Assembly (NCBI GenBank): GCA_046073985.1
Contig: JBJTNI010000027.1
Span: forward strand, 64,052 to 128,051
Source of the DNA: Flavobacteriales bacterium
GTDB lineage: Bacteria > Bacteroidota > Bacteroidia > Flavobacteriales_D > Crocinitomicaceae
DNA: 64,000 nt
Direction of reading: 5' to 3'
In this document: piece after piece, positions 41,568 to 51,300 of the stretch
Numbering within the stretch: the stretch's first letter is position 1
Layout: each line of letters opens with the position of its first letter
Translations under genes and position numbers: made by a program
The notes under the pieces: generated by a model
The model's database searches: none
The model's input: only the letters and a program-made list of their open reading frames with translations
Told to the model about the DNA's origin: nothing

Positions 41568-41590
41568 AATATTGGAAAAGTTTGCTCAAC

Positions 41591-41974
41591 TTAGTGAATT
41601 TCGTTGGCGTATGCCGCTGAATCGAGGAGGCCTTCAAATTGGGAGGCGTCTGATACACGAACTTTAACCATCCAACCTGCACCATATGGATCTGAATTCA
41701 CAAGCTCTGGATTGGCTTCAAGCGCTTCGTTGAACTCAATGATTTCACCACTCATTGGTAAAAACAAGTCAGAAACAGTTTTAACAGCCTCTACACTTCC
41801 AAAAACTTCTTCTTGGGCTAGTGTTTCGCCAACAGTTTCGATTTCAACATATACGATGTCGCCTAATTCGCTCTGAGCAAACTCAGTAATGCCAATTGTT
41901 GCTACATCACCTTCTAATTTAACCCATTCGTGGTCTTTGGTGTACTTTAGTTCAGCTGGAATATTCATGTTCAT
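41591..41974 (-). CDS. gcvH: glycine cleavage system protein H
   Basis: Lipoyl-lysine motif [10 protein letters not shown], 127 aa. Confidence 0.93.
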   Translation of the reverse strand: MNMNIPAELKYTKDHEWVKLEGDVATIGITEFAQSELGDIVYVEIETVGETLAQEEVFGSVEAVKTVSDLFLPMSGEIIEFNEALEANPELVNSDPYGAGWMVKVRVSDASQFEGLLDSAAYANEIH

Positions 41975-41984
41975 TGATTTGTTG

Positions 41985-41992
41985 CAAATGTA
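41985..41992 (-). promoter_or_regulatory. -7 box TACATTTG, 10 nt upstream of the gcvH ATG
   Basis: Exact TAnnTTTG match on the minus strand; forms the left arm of the palindrome. Confidence 0.5.
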
Positions 41993-42006
41993 AGCATTTT
42001 GATGCT

Positions 42007-42014
42007 TAACTTTG
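42007..42014 (+). promoter_or_regulatory. -7 box TAACTTTG, 4 nt upstream of the prfB ATG
   Basis: Exact TAnnTTTG match; forms the right arm of the palindrome. Confidence 0.5.
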
Positions 42015-42018
42015 CAAC

Positions 42019-43101
42019 ATGACCGCAGAACAATACAAAGAGCTTCAAAAAAGACTCTCCACCATACAAGCTTTCTTAAAAATTGAAGAAAAGCGTTTGC
42101 AACTCAAAGAGGAAGAGCTCAAAACTCAAGACCCTTCCTTTTGGGATGACCCCAAAAAAGCGGAAGAAAAAATGAAGCAAATCCGTGGTCTTAAATATTG
42201 GGTAGAGACCTTCGATCAAACTGCTTCAGCTGTAGCAGACCTTGAAATTTTAATGGAGTTTGTACGTGAAGGAATGGCCGAAGATGCTGAATTAGATGCC
42301 CAACACAAAGTATTACTTGCTGAAATCGAAGAGCTTGAACTCAAAAACATGCTCTCAAATGAAGAAGATGGATTATCAGCAGTGCTTCAGATTACGGCAG
42401 GTGCCGGTGGAACCGAAAGTTGCGACTGGGCTAGTATGCTCATGCGGATGTATTTAATGTGGGGGCAAAAGCGCGGCTATAAAATTACAGAACTCAACTT
42501 CCAAGAAGGCGATGTTGCTGGTGTTAAGACAGTGACGCTAGAGTTTGAAGGAGAATTTGCATTTGGTTATCTGAAAGGGGAAAATGGTGTTCATCGATTG
42601 GTTCGAATTTCACCTTTTGATTCAAATGCAAAAAGACACACCAGTTTTGTTTCCGTTTATGTCTATCCGCTCGTCGATGATCAAATAGAAATCAATATTA
42701 ATCCGGCTGATATCTCTTGGGAAACCTTCCGTTCAGGTGGGGCAGGAGGTCAGAATGTAAATAAGGTAGAAACCGCTGTGCGCCTCAGACACGCGCCTTC
42801 CGGAATCATCATTGAAAACTCTGAATCGAGGTCTCAGTTAGCCAATAAAGAAAAGGCACTTCAATTGCTGCGATCCCAACTCTATGAATTGGAGTTGCGC
42901 GAACGCATGGAAAAACGCAATGAAATTGAAGCAGGCAAAAAGAAAATAGAATGGGGAAGCCAGATTCGCAACTACGTAATGCATCCTTATAAATTGGTGA
43001 AAGATGTCAGAACAGGTACAGAAACCGGCGATGTCGATGCAGTGATGAACGGAGAACTAGATCCGTTTTTGAAGGCATTTTTGATGCAATACGGTTCTTA
43101 A
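42019..43101 (+). CDS. prfB: peptide chain release factor 2 (single uninterrupted frame)
   Basis: SPF motif (RISPFDS) and GGQ motif ([20 protein letters not shown]). Confidence 0.95.
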   Translation: MTAEQYKELQKRLSTIQAFLKIEEKRLQLKEEELKTQDPSFWDDPKKAEEKMKQIRGLKYWVETFDQTASAVADLEILMEFVREGMAEDAELDAQHKVLLAEIEELELKNMLSNEEDGLSAVLQITAGAGGTESCDWASMLMRMYLMWGQKRGYKITELNFQEGDVAGVKTVTLEFEGEFAFGYLKGENGVHRLVRISPFDSNAKRHTSFVSVYVYPLVDDQIEININPADISWETFRSGGAGGQNVNKVETAVRLRHAPSGIIIENSESRSQLANKEKALQLLRSQLYELELRERMEKRNEIEAGKKKIEWGSQIRNYVMHPYKLVKDVRTGTETGDVDAVMNGELDPFLKAFLMQYGS

Positions 43102-43153
43102 CCAGACAACGATTTTTTATGAGTTTATATTCGTGTAAAAGAACCTTACTAAC

Positions 43154-44428
43154 TCATAATTTCTCTAAGACGCTTTCTAAAGCGATACCCCTAGATCCTT
43201 TTAAAAGAATTAGGTGATCTTTAATCGGGTGCTCAGCAAAGAAAGACTTCAAAGCTTCCGTATTTAGAAACCCCGCGGGGTTGATGCTTTTAAAAATAGG
43301 CCCTACAGTATAAGCTTTTAGCTGATGGGCGCTGATGAAGTCAAGTATTTTTTGGTGTTCTTGCGGCCCATCCGTTCCGAGTTCAAGCATATCCCCGATA
43401 ATGATGAGTTTTTGGTCGTGCTGCATCTCAATGAAAGAACCAAGGGCACTTGCCATACTAGACGGATTGGCATTGTAGCAATCAACAATTACTGTATTTG
43501 TATTCGTTTTTTCAACTTGCGAACGTTTATTTGTAGGAATATATTGAGCTACTGCTGCATTGAGTAAGTCTGGCTCAATTTCGAAATATACCCCAATGCG
43601 CAGGGCAGCTAAAAAATTGTAAAAATTATATTTACCGACCATTTGGGTGTCAATGATGGGTGAACTATAATCTTGATATGTCCATCTGAAATGAACATAA
43701 GGGTCAAGAAACGCCAGTTCTCCTCGGAGTTCTCCGTTATGTTCTCCGTAGCCGTTCAACTTAATTTGCCGTCTACTTGCTGCCTCGAGCAAGATGGCAT
43801 CGTCAGCATTGACAAATAATTGACCATTTATTGCTTTTACGTGCTCGTATAACTCAGATTTTGTCCTGAGTACCCCATCAAAATTGATAAATCCTTCTAA
43901 ATGTGCTTTGCCAATATTGGTGATGATGCCAAGGGTTGGTAATGCTATTTTGCAGAGCTCATCAATGTCTAGGGGTTTGTTGGCTCCCATTTCTATAATC
44001 GCAATTTCGTGTTGCTGATGCAAGCGGAGTAGGGTAAGCGGAACTCCGATGTGATTATTGAGGTTACCTTCTGTACAAAGCACCTTAAACTTCCTTTCAA
44101 GAACGCATTTCACGAGTTCTTTAGTGCTTGTTTTGCCATTGCTTCCTGTAATTCCGATGACAGGAATTTCAAATCTTTGTCGATGTGCTAATGCCAATTG
44201 TTGTAAAAACGCCAAACCATCCTCTACGTATAAAACGTTTTGACCGTTGGCAAATTCTTGCTCATCTACAATTGCATATTTGGCACCATTTTGAATTGCT
44301 TGTTGCGCAAAAGCATTGCCATTGAAATGGGCTCCTTTTAACGAAATGTATAGACAATCTTTGGTAATTTGGCGGGTGTCTGTACAAACCCCGCTACAAG
44401 AATCTAAAATCGAGAGCCAATTGTTCAT
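43154..44428 (-). CDS. murF: UDP-N-acetylmuramoyl-tripeptide--D-alanyl-D-alanine ligase
   Basis: GITGSNGKTSTKE P-loop. Start taken at MNNWLSILDS. The track ORF's 100-aa N-terminal extension runs through the gldJ terminator and the gldJ 3' end. Confidence 0.9.
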   Translation of the reverse strand: MNNWLSILDSCSGVCTDTRQITKDCLYISLKGAHFNGNAFAQQAIQNGAKYAIVDEQEFANGQNVLYVEDGLAFLQQLALAHRQRFEIPVIGITGSNGKTSTKELVKCVLERKFKVLCTEGNLNNHIGVPLTLLRLHQQHEIAIIEMGANKPLDIDELCKIALPTLGIITNIGKAHLEGFINFDGVLRTKSELYEHVKAINGQLFVNADDAILLEAASRRQIKLNGYGEHNGELRGELAFLDPYVHFRWTYQDYSSPIIDTQMVGKYNFYNFLAALRIGVYFEIEPDLLNAAVAQYIPTNKRSQVEKTNTNTVIVDCYNANPSSMASALGSFIEMQHDQKLIIIGDMLELGTDGPQEHQKILDFISAHQLKAYTVGPIFKSINPAGFLNTEALKSFFAEHPIKDHLILLKGSRGIALESVLEKL

Positions 44429-44447
44429 GCGACAAAATTGCAAAAAA

Positions 44448-44470
44448 AAAGCCCGACTAAGCGGGCTTTT
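44448..44470 (-). terminator. intrinsic terminator after gldJ
   Basis: Minus strand reads AAAAGCCCG-cttagt-CGGGC followed by nine T. Confidence 0.75.
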
Positions 44471-44486
44471 GTAGGATTCAAGTGAA

Positions 44487-47198
44487 TTATTCTTTGAGGT
44501 CTGGTCTTCTTGAGCTTCCGACTCTGTCCATTGCACAGCGGAATCCGATAGTTGCAGAAGCTTTATCTTCATCGAGGAAGCGGCGATTACCTGCTGATAA
44601 CCAGTAAGCGCGATCTGCCCAAGAACCACCTTTGTAAACGCGGCTCTTGTCCGAGATAAGCGTTGTTGGCCATCCGGCTTTACCTGCGATGATTTGGTCG
44701 TTGTTAAGGTTGTAGTTTTCGTGCTCACTTTGATACATTACCAATTTTGGATCGCGAATACCGTTGTTGATTTCTTCTTTTCTTTTATTATTGTCATAAT
44801 AGATAGAAGATTCGATATCGCCGTCAAGATAGTCAATGTAATCATCTTTGCGGTAATTGATGCGACCTACGTTTTCTTCAACAGTGACATCTCTCCAACG
44901 CTGGCTACCTTTTGTAGTGGTAACAAACTCGCTTAGACCATTTCTAAGTGTTTGAACCCATGTAGTTAACTCTGGATCAGCAAAGTATGCAGCGAAGTTA
45001 TAGTTAATTGAAATCGCTTCGAACAATGCCGTTTTTGTCAATTCGTCGTCTGGAGTAGGCTTCACAAAATAACCAAAGCTAGCAGGGTCCATGTCTTGAC
45101 TGGCCTCTCTTTGGTAGGCGTCGTTCATGATAGTAACCATTTCAAGCGGTTGCCCATTACCGTAGTCATCTTTGAATTGACTTGGTAATTTAGAGTTAAA
45201 GAATACTCTTTCTACGTAAGCAGATGCAGCAACTGTTTTACCTTGGTTGTACAATGTAATTGCAGTATCTAAGAAAAGATTGATCGTATCAAGAAAAGCA
45301 AATTGTTTTTTCTCTTGATTGCTGTATCTTCTGTTATTAGAAATGTAGTAATCCGAAGGCTTATTGAACTGGTATGCTCTAGGGTCTTGTCTGGACATGA
45401 TTCTAGAGCTCATGGCAGCGTCGTTAACACCTTTAGGAGCTGCACTGTTTTGAGCTGGCTCTGGTTTCTGTTTTTGTAATTCGGTGAAAACCGTTTGGAG
45501 GTCTGTATTTGAACTTCCAGCTTCTTCAAGAGCTTTAGTTACGCCCTCTGCAATGCCAGCAAGATTTTTGTAATCTTTATCGGTGATTGCTTTGTTCAGT
45601 TTTGCGATTTCGTCTGTGACACTCTTTTTATCTGCAGGCTTCACTTTAGAAGCATACTGATTCATGAGGTTATTCACTAATTTGTAGTGACTTTCAGCGT
45701 TGGCAAGAATTTCAGCGTCAATTTTCTTTTGATCTGGAATGTTGCCCGTGTAACCATTTTGTGAACCATTTTGAGAATCGTTATATGATTTGTTGGCATA
45801 GGCCAAGTATTTCACACGAGCAAACTCGTTCACAAATTCTTTCATGCCATGTACATCATAGATGTTTTCGTTGGCTTTAACAGGACGGTCATGCAAACCA
45901 TCAGGAACCATTAATTGGGTTTGGTACTTGTTACCACGGAATGGCATGAATTCTTCAGCAACTTCTGAAGTCATTGGACGGTAAACATCCATTACCCATT
46001 CAGAAACGTTGCCTGCCATGTGGTAAAGACCGTTGTCGTTAGGCCAGAAAGATGTTACTTTATCGGTGATATCAGCTCCATCATTCAAACGTCCGGCAAC
46101 ACCCATCATATCTCCTTTACCTCTCATGAAGTTGGCTTGAATAGCACCAGCGTATTGTTCTTCATCATGACGTACGTAGTGGCCATCCCATGGATAGATA
46201 CGTCGGTCATTGATGTTTTCTGTTCCTTCGTCAAGGTTTCCGATTAGACCTAAGGCAGCAAATTCCCATTCAGCTTCAGTAGGGAGACGGTAGGCAGGTA
46301 ATAAAATACCATCTTCCATGCGAACAGGTCGTGTACCTAAGCGGCCATTTTCTTTATCGGCATAAATTGGGTCATATTGTTCGAGTTGATAAGGATCTCT
46401 AGGAACTTTAGAACCTGGTTTTCTGCCATATTGAGCAGATTCTTCTTTGGTTACTTTTGGCGTTTTAGAGAGTTTAGTTCCGTCTTTTGTTAGTGTGTAG
46501 CCTTTATCATCGGTTTCGACGTTGTAGTTCCCGTTCAGATAGTTCTCAGTAGAGAACATATTTTCAGGAACAGAAGTGTATTTGTTGGCTTTGTCTTCAA
46601 CAAGAGCTGCACCTACATCACCTTCGTCGGCAAAGTGCCAACTAAGAATACCTTCACGAACCAAAATGGCTTCATTGACACGGTCTGTACGCCATTTACA
46701 AAAATCATTGGCTTGTAACCAAGAAACACCAACAACAGGGTAGTCGCGGTAAGATGGATGACGCAAGTAATAATTGACGTATTTTTCACGGTAACCTAGC
46801 GCTGCTCTCCAGGCAAGGGTGTCAGGAAGGCACTTTTTGTAAACGTGTGGGTAGGTTTTATTGTATACCCTGCGCATCCAGTACATGTATTCTAACCAGT
46901 TGAAGTTGGTTACTTCGGTACGGTCCATGTAGAAAGAAGCTACAGAAACACGAGATGCGCGCGCATTCCAGTCAGACATGACATCTTGCTCGGTTCTTCC
47001 CATGGTAAAAGTACCGCCTTCAATCATCACCAAACCAGGACCAGCTTCTTGTTCCTTGGCGTCAAATTTTTCGAAACCACCATTCTTGAAATTGTTGAAT
47101 TCCCAGCCTGTGGCAGAAGAGGTTTCTTTTGTACATGAAGAAAGCACTAACGTGGCGGCTAGTGCTATTCCGAATATGTTTTGAATCATTCGCTTCAT
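44487..47198 (-). CDS. gldJ: gliding-motility lipoprotein GldJ, unusually long form (903 aa)
   Basis: Lipobox LSSC; N-terminal GWEFNN..GGFE...GLVMIEGGTFTMGR; RLPTEAEWEFAA; C-terminal YKGGSWADRAYW...IGFRCAM (FGE/SUMF1-like fold). Conserved gldJ-murF adjacency. Confidence 0.85.
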   Translation of the reverse strand: MKRMIQNIFGIALAATLVLSSCTKETSSATGWEFNNFKNGGFEKFDAKEQEAGPGLVMIEGGTFTMGRTEQDVMSDWNARASRVSVASFYMDRTEVTNFNWLEYMYWMRRVYNKTYPHVYKKCLPDTLAWRAALGYREKYVNYYLRHPSYRDYPVVGVSWLQANDFCKWRTDRVNEAILVREGILSWHFADEGDVGAALVEDKANKYTSVPENMFSTENYLNGNYNVETDDKGYTLTKDGTKLSKTPKVTKEESAQYGRKPGSKVPRDPYQLEQYDPIYADKENGRLGTRPVRMEDGILLPAYRLPTEAEWEFAALGLIGNLDEGTENINDRRIYPWDGHYVRHDEEQYAGAIQANFMRGKGDMMGVAGRLNDGADITDKVTSFWPNDNGLYHMAGNVSEWVMDVYRPMTSEVAEEFMPFRGNKYQTQLMVPDGLHDRPVKANENIYDVHGMKEFVNEFARVKYLAYANKSYNDSQNGSQNGYTGNIPDQKKIDAEILANAESHYKLVNNLMNQYASKVKPADKKSVTDEIAKLNKAITDKDYKNLAGIAEGVTKALEEAGSSNTDLQTVFTELQKQKPEPAQNSAAPKGVNDAAMSSRIMSRQDPRAYQFNKPSDYYISNNRRYSNQEKKQFAFLDTINLFLDTAITLYNQGKTVAASAYVERVFFNSKLPSQFKDDYGNGQPLEMVTIMNDAYQREASQDMDPASFGYFVKPTPDDELTKTALFEAISINYNFAAYFADPELTTWVQTLRNGLSEFVTTTKGSQRWRDVTVEENVGRINYRKDDYIDYLDGDIESSIYYDNNKRKEEINNGIRDPKLVMYQSEHENYNLNNDQIIAGKAGWPTTLISDKSRVYKGGSWADRAYWLSAGNRRFLDEDKASATIGFRCAMDRVGSSRRPDLKE

Positions 47199-47244
47199 AT
47201 GCTTGAATTTATTGCTTAAAGTTCAATTATTAATTTGGTTACGT

Positions 47245-48249
47245 TTAGAACGACGGACAAGACGTTTTTCTAAAGTTTTTTGGTTTCTTTTTACATTTCA
47301 AATTGATTCCCATGGAAACTTCATGAGAACCACCAGATGTTCCGTTTCCTAGCTGAGACACCGTAAGGTCATAACTGTAACCAATTTTGAATTTGTCTGT
47401 GTTGATACCAACAGTCATGACAAAGGCGTCTCGATTGCGGTACCATGCACCCAACGTAAAGTTTTCATATTTCAAATAAGCGCCGATATTGAGCTCCTGA
47501 AAACCATTTTGGTATTGGTAAATGATATTTGGAGAAATGTAGGTAGAACTTGAATAGCGTCCACGCTGACCAATTTTGATATTGGCTCCCATGTGCCCTG
47601 TAAAACGCATTGGTAGTTTGGATTCACCAAGGATCATGGATTCATCTGGGCGGTTCAAGTGATGCACAGCTCCACCGAAATAAAAGTTCTTTGTAAAACC
47701 AACAAAACCCGCACTCACATCAAAAAAACCACGACGCCCATTGCCGCGTGGAACGTCACCGGTTTGGTAGATAAAACCGCGACGCGGATCAATCATATCG
47801 CCGAAAGTGAGTTTATCCCAGTCTAAAAATTTTTGATAATATGCAGCGCGTGCACCAAACATTAAGGAGAATTTGCGATTTACTTTGAGATTGTAAGAGT
47901 AAATACCACCAATCATGGATGTTTGGATAGTACCTGCACCTTGCATGTCGTGCATTGCTAAAAGCCCGAATCCGCCAGAAATATTCTTGGCGTAAGTGTC
48001 ATAGGCAGCTGCGTATGTCACGTAGTTTCCGGTAAGTTGAGGCCATTCATTGCGGTAATTAAGAGATACTCTAGGGCAACCTGAAGATCCAGCTAAGGCA
48101 GGATTTAAGTAGGTAGGATTGGCGTAGAACTGAGTAAATGTAGGATCTTGAGCTAAAGTTATGTTACTCATTACCAGGGTAATGAAGCAGAACTGTAGGG
48201 CAAGAATAGGTTTAACTATTTTCACGAAAGTTGGTTTTAGCACGAACAA
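47245..48249 (-). CDS. PorP/SprF-family type IX secretion membrane protein (start TTG at 48249 or GTG at 48225)
   Basis: AQDPTFTQFYANPTYLNPALAG N-terminal signature and a beta-barrel pattern. Confidence 0.85.
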   Translation of the reverse strand: MFVLKPTFVKIVKPILALQFCFITLVMSNITLAQDPTFTQFYANPTYLNPALAGSSGCPRVSLNYRNEWPQLTGNYVTYAAAYDTYAKNISGGFGLLAMHDMQGAGTIQTSMIGGIYSYNLKVNRKFSLMFGARAAYYQKFLDWDKLTFGDMIDPRRGFIYQTGDVPRGNGRRGFFDVSAGFVGFTKNFYFGGAVHHLNRPDESMILGESKLPMRFTGHMGANIKIGQRGRYSSSTYISPNIIYQYQNGFQELNIGAYLKYENFTLGAWYRNRDAFVMTVGINTDKFKIGYSYDLTVSQLGNGTSGGSHEVSMGINLKCKKKPKNFRKTSCPSF

Positions 48250-48349
48250 TCTAAACGAGATTTAGGTTTCAAAGGTTACAAATATCGAATATTTATTCAA
48301 ATAAAATAAATATATTGACGTTTTTCTAGCGCTTAAAACTCTAAGTTTC

Positions 48350-51300
48350 ATGAATTATTTTAAACTTTTAATTTTCTTACTCTGTTTTTCTAGGTTCGAG
48401 GCAACCCAGGCACAAATTCAAAAAATCACATTAGAGTGGACAGATAGCGCTACCGCAGTTTATGGTTCTGTTCAAACAATAGTGAAAACAATCAAAGGAT
48501 ATTCTCTTGACTTGAATAAACCTTTCTTTGCAATTCAGCAAGCACACAAAAGTAAAAATGGTTCGGTAGAAATACTGAATATTCAGACCGAGAAATTAAG
48601 TGAGTCTGAGCAGCAACAATATGAAAAATTAGATGTTCGGTTCAACGCTGATTTTGAAATTGAAGCAAAAATTGTAAGTGAGGCCGGCAAACCACTTTTA
48701 TCCATTTATGGCATAGGGATTCGATCATTGAATGGTCAATTAGAGCGCTTAATATCCTTTGAGGTTTCGGTTACAAACCAAGCAACTTTTACCAACAAAG
48801 ATTATGCGGCGCATTCTGTCTTAGGCAGCACTTCCGGAAAATGGTATAAAATTGGAGTAACACGTGACGGAATCTACAAATTAGACAAATCTTTTCTGAC
48901 TTCTTGTGGCATCAATACTGCTCAATTGAATCCGCAACACATACATATATTCGGAAATGGAGAGGGTGTGATTGCTGAACTCAATTCGGTACCGTTCACA
49001 GATGATTTAGCTCAAAATGCCATTCAAATAATCGGAGAAGGCGATGGCCAGTTCAATGACAACGATTATGTCCTCTTTTATGGTTGGGGCCCGCATCGCT
49101 GGGATGTAGTTTCGGGTGGCTTATTCAATCAAATCAGACACCCTTATTCAGACGTTTCCTATTATTTCATTTACGTAGGTTCTGATATAGCTCCATTGAG
49201 AATCAGTCAGGCGGGTGCTATTGATACACCAGCTGATACTGTTATAACAAATTACATGTACCGAGACGCCTACGAAAACGATTTAGTCAATTTAGTGAAA
49301 GGTGGTCAGCGTTGGTACGGAGAAGAATTCGATGTGAATTTATCTCAGAATTTCAATTTTAGTGTACCAAATATAGTCAATGAGCCTGTGAAGTTTCAAG
49401 TGAGCTACGCTTCGAATTCGAGGTCTACGGGCAATATCTTTAAATTGAAAAAAGGCTCTGCTGTTATTGGCCAAATGCCCATGCCATTTTCAAGTTCCAA
49501 TTTTCAAAGAGGTATTTTACAGTGCAATGATTCTACACCTTCAACGAATTTGAACCTGACCATCGAAATCGATCGCTTGAATCCTAATATTGTTACCAAC
49601 CTAGACCGTATTCAATTACATGCCAAAAGAAATTTGGTGATGGCGGGCAACCAAATCAATTTTAGAGCGAGTAGTTGGTCTATGTCAACAGGAGTAGCTG
49701 CTTATCAAATTAGCGGTGTCAATCAGAACGCATTTGTTTGGGATATTTCAGATAAACATTCTCCGGTTCTCATGCCAAAACAATTTGCGAACGCAACCTT
49801 GAATTTCAAAACTGAGGTCGGATACAAAGAGTTTGTAGCTGCGACTGGTGCTGCCTACTTCACACCTGAATTTGTTGCAACAGTTGCTTTTCAAGATTTA
49901 CACGGATTGCCACAAGCAGATTACCTGATGGTTGCGCATCCTGATTTTACGGCACAAGCCAATCGTTTGGCTGAGTTGCACAGAGCAAATGGCCTCACCG
50001 TTCATGTTGTAGCACCGCAAGCCATTTATAACGAGTTTAGTTCCGGAATGCAAGATCCAGCTGCTATTCGTCGTTTTGCAAAAATGTTTTATGACCGTGC
50101 TCTTGCCACAGACCCAGCAACGAAACCAAAATACTTGCTGTTATTCGGAGACGGAACCTATGACCCTAAAAACAGATTGGCGAATAATAACAACTTTATT
50201 GTAACCTATCAATTGCCTTCGAGTGAGAACATGATCGAAGCGATGGTTGTAGATGACTTTTTTGGGATGCTAGATGATAATGAAGCCATTGGCGCATCTG
50301 ATATAATGGATATCGGTGTGGGGCGTTTAATTGTCAGTACGAATTTACAAGCCAAGCAAATGGTTGACAAAATTGAGCATTATATGAAAAACGGATCTGA
50401 TTTTTATCCGGTAGGAAATTCTTGTTGTATGGGCACACAAACCGACAAAACCTTTGGCGATTGGCGTTTACAGTACATACTCATGGCCGATAATCGAGAA
50501 TGGGGACAATTTGTAGATACGGATGCCGAGCCACAATACACTATTGGACACGGTTATAGTCCGGAAATGAACTTCAATAAACTCTACATGGATGCATTTC
50601 CAAAGGTGGTGACTGCCGGTGGTGAGCGTTTCCCTGCTATGATGGATGCTATTGATGCCAACATTCAACGCGGCGTTTTGGTTGCCAATTATATCGGGCA
50701 TGGTGGCGAAGTTGGTTTGGCAGATGAGCGCATCGTTACAATCGATCAAGTCAATGCTTGGAATAACATTCATGCGCTGCACCTATTTGTCTCAGCAACT
50801 TGTGAGTTCACACGTTTTGATGACCCAGAACGCGTTTCGGCAGGCGAGTGGGTGTTTTTGAATCCGACGGGTGGGGCTATTGCTATGCTAACCACCACGC
50901 GATCGGTTTATTTCGGTGTCAATACAACAATTGGTATCGAGTTGATGGAAAGAATATTTAACCGTTATCCTGATGGCCAAGCTTATGAGTTTGGGGAGTT
51001 ATCTCGCCGTACAAAAAATGCAGCTTCTTCGAGTAATTCAAACAAACGAAGTTTTACATTGATTGGGGATCCTGCTTTGCGTCTAGCTTTACCACGGTAC
51101 AGAATTGTAACAGATAGCATTAACGGTCTGAGTGCTGCTCAGCAAATGGATACACTCAAAGCCTTGTCCAAAGCGAGAGTCAAGGGGCATATTGAGGACT
51201 ACAACGGCAATATCCTCAGCTCTTGGAATGGAACTTTAACCCCAACAATTTTTGATAAGCCTAAACTTCAAAATACCTTGGCCCAAGATGAAGAGTCACC

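Noticed and set aside
41975-42018. Possible glycine riboswitch upstream of gcvH
   Set aside because: Only 44 nt are available and the predicted leader is about 10 nt. That is far too short for a glycine aptamer, and no conserved core was seen.
42019-42110. Looked for the programmed +1 frameshift site (CUU UGA C) typical of prfB
   Set aside because: The homologous position reads GCT TTC TTA AAA (…AFLK…) in one continuous frame, so no frameshift is present. Frameshift-less prfB is known in many bacteria, so this is not anomalous.
44429-44728. 100-aa N-terminal extension of the murF ORF in the track (524 aa)
   Set aside because: The extension reads through the gldJ terminator hairpin and overlaps the gldJ 3' end. 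Typical MurF begins at the MNNWLSILD-type N-terminus, so the start was set at 44428.
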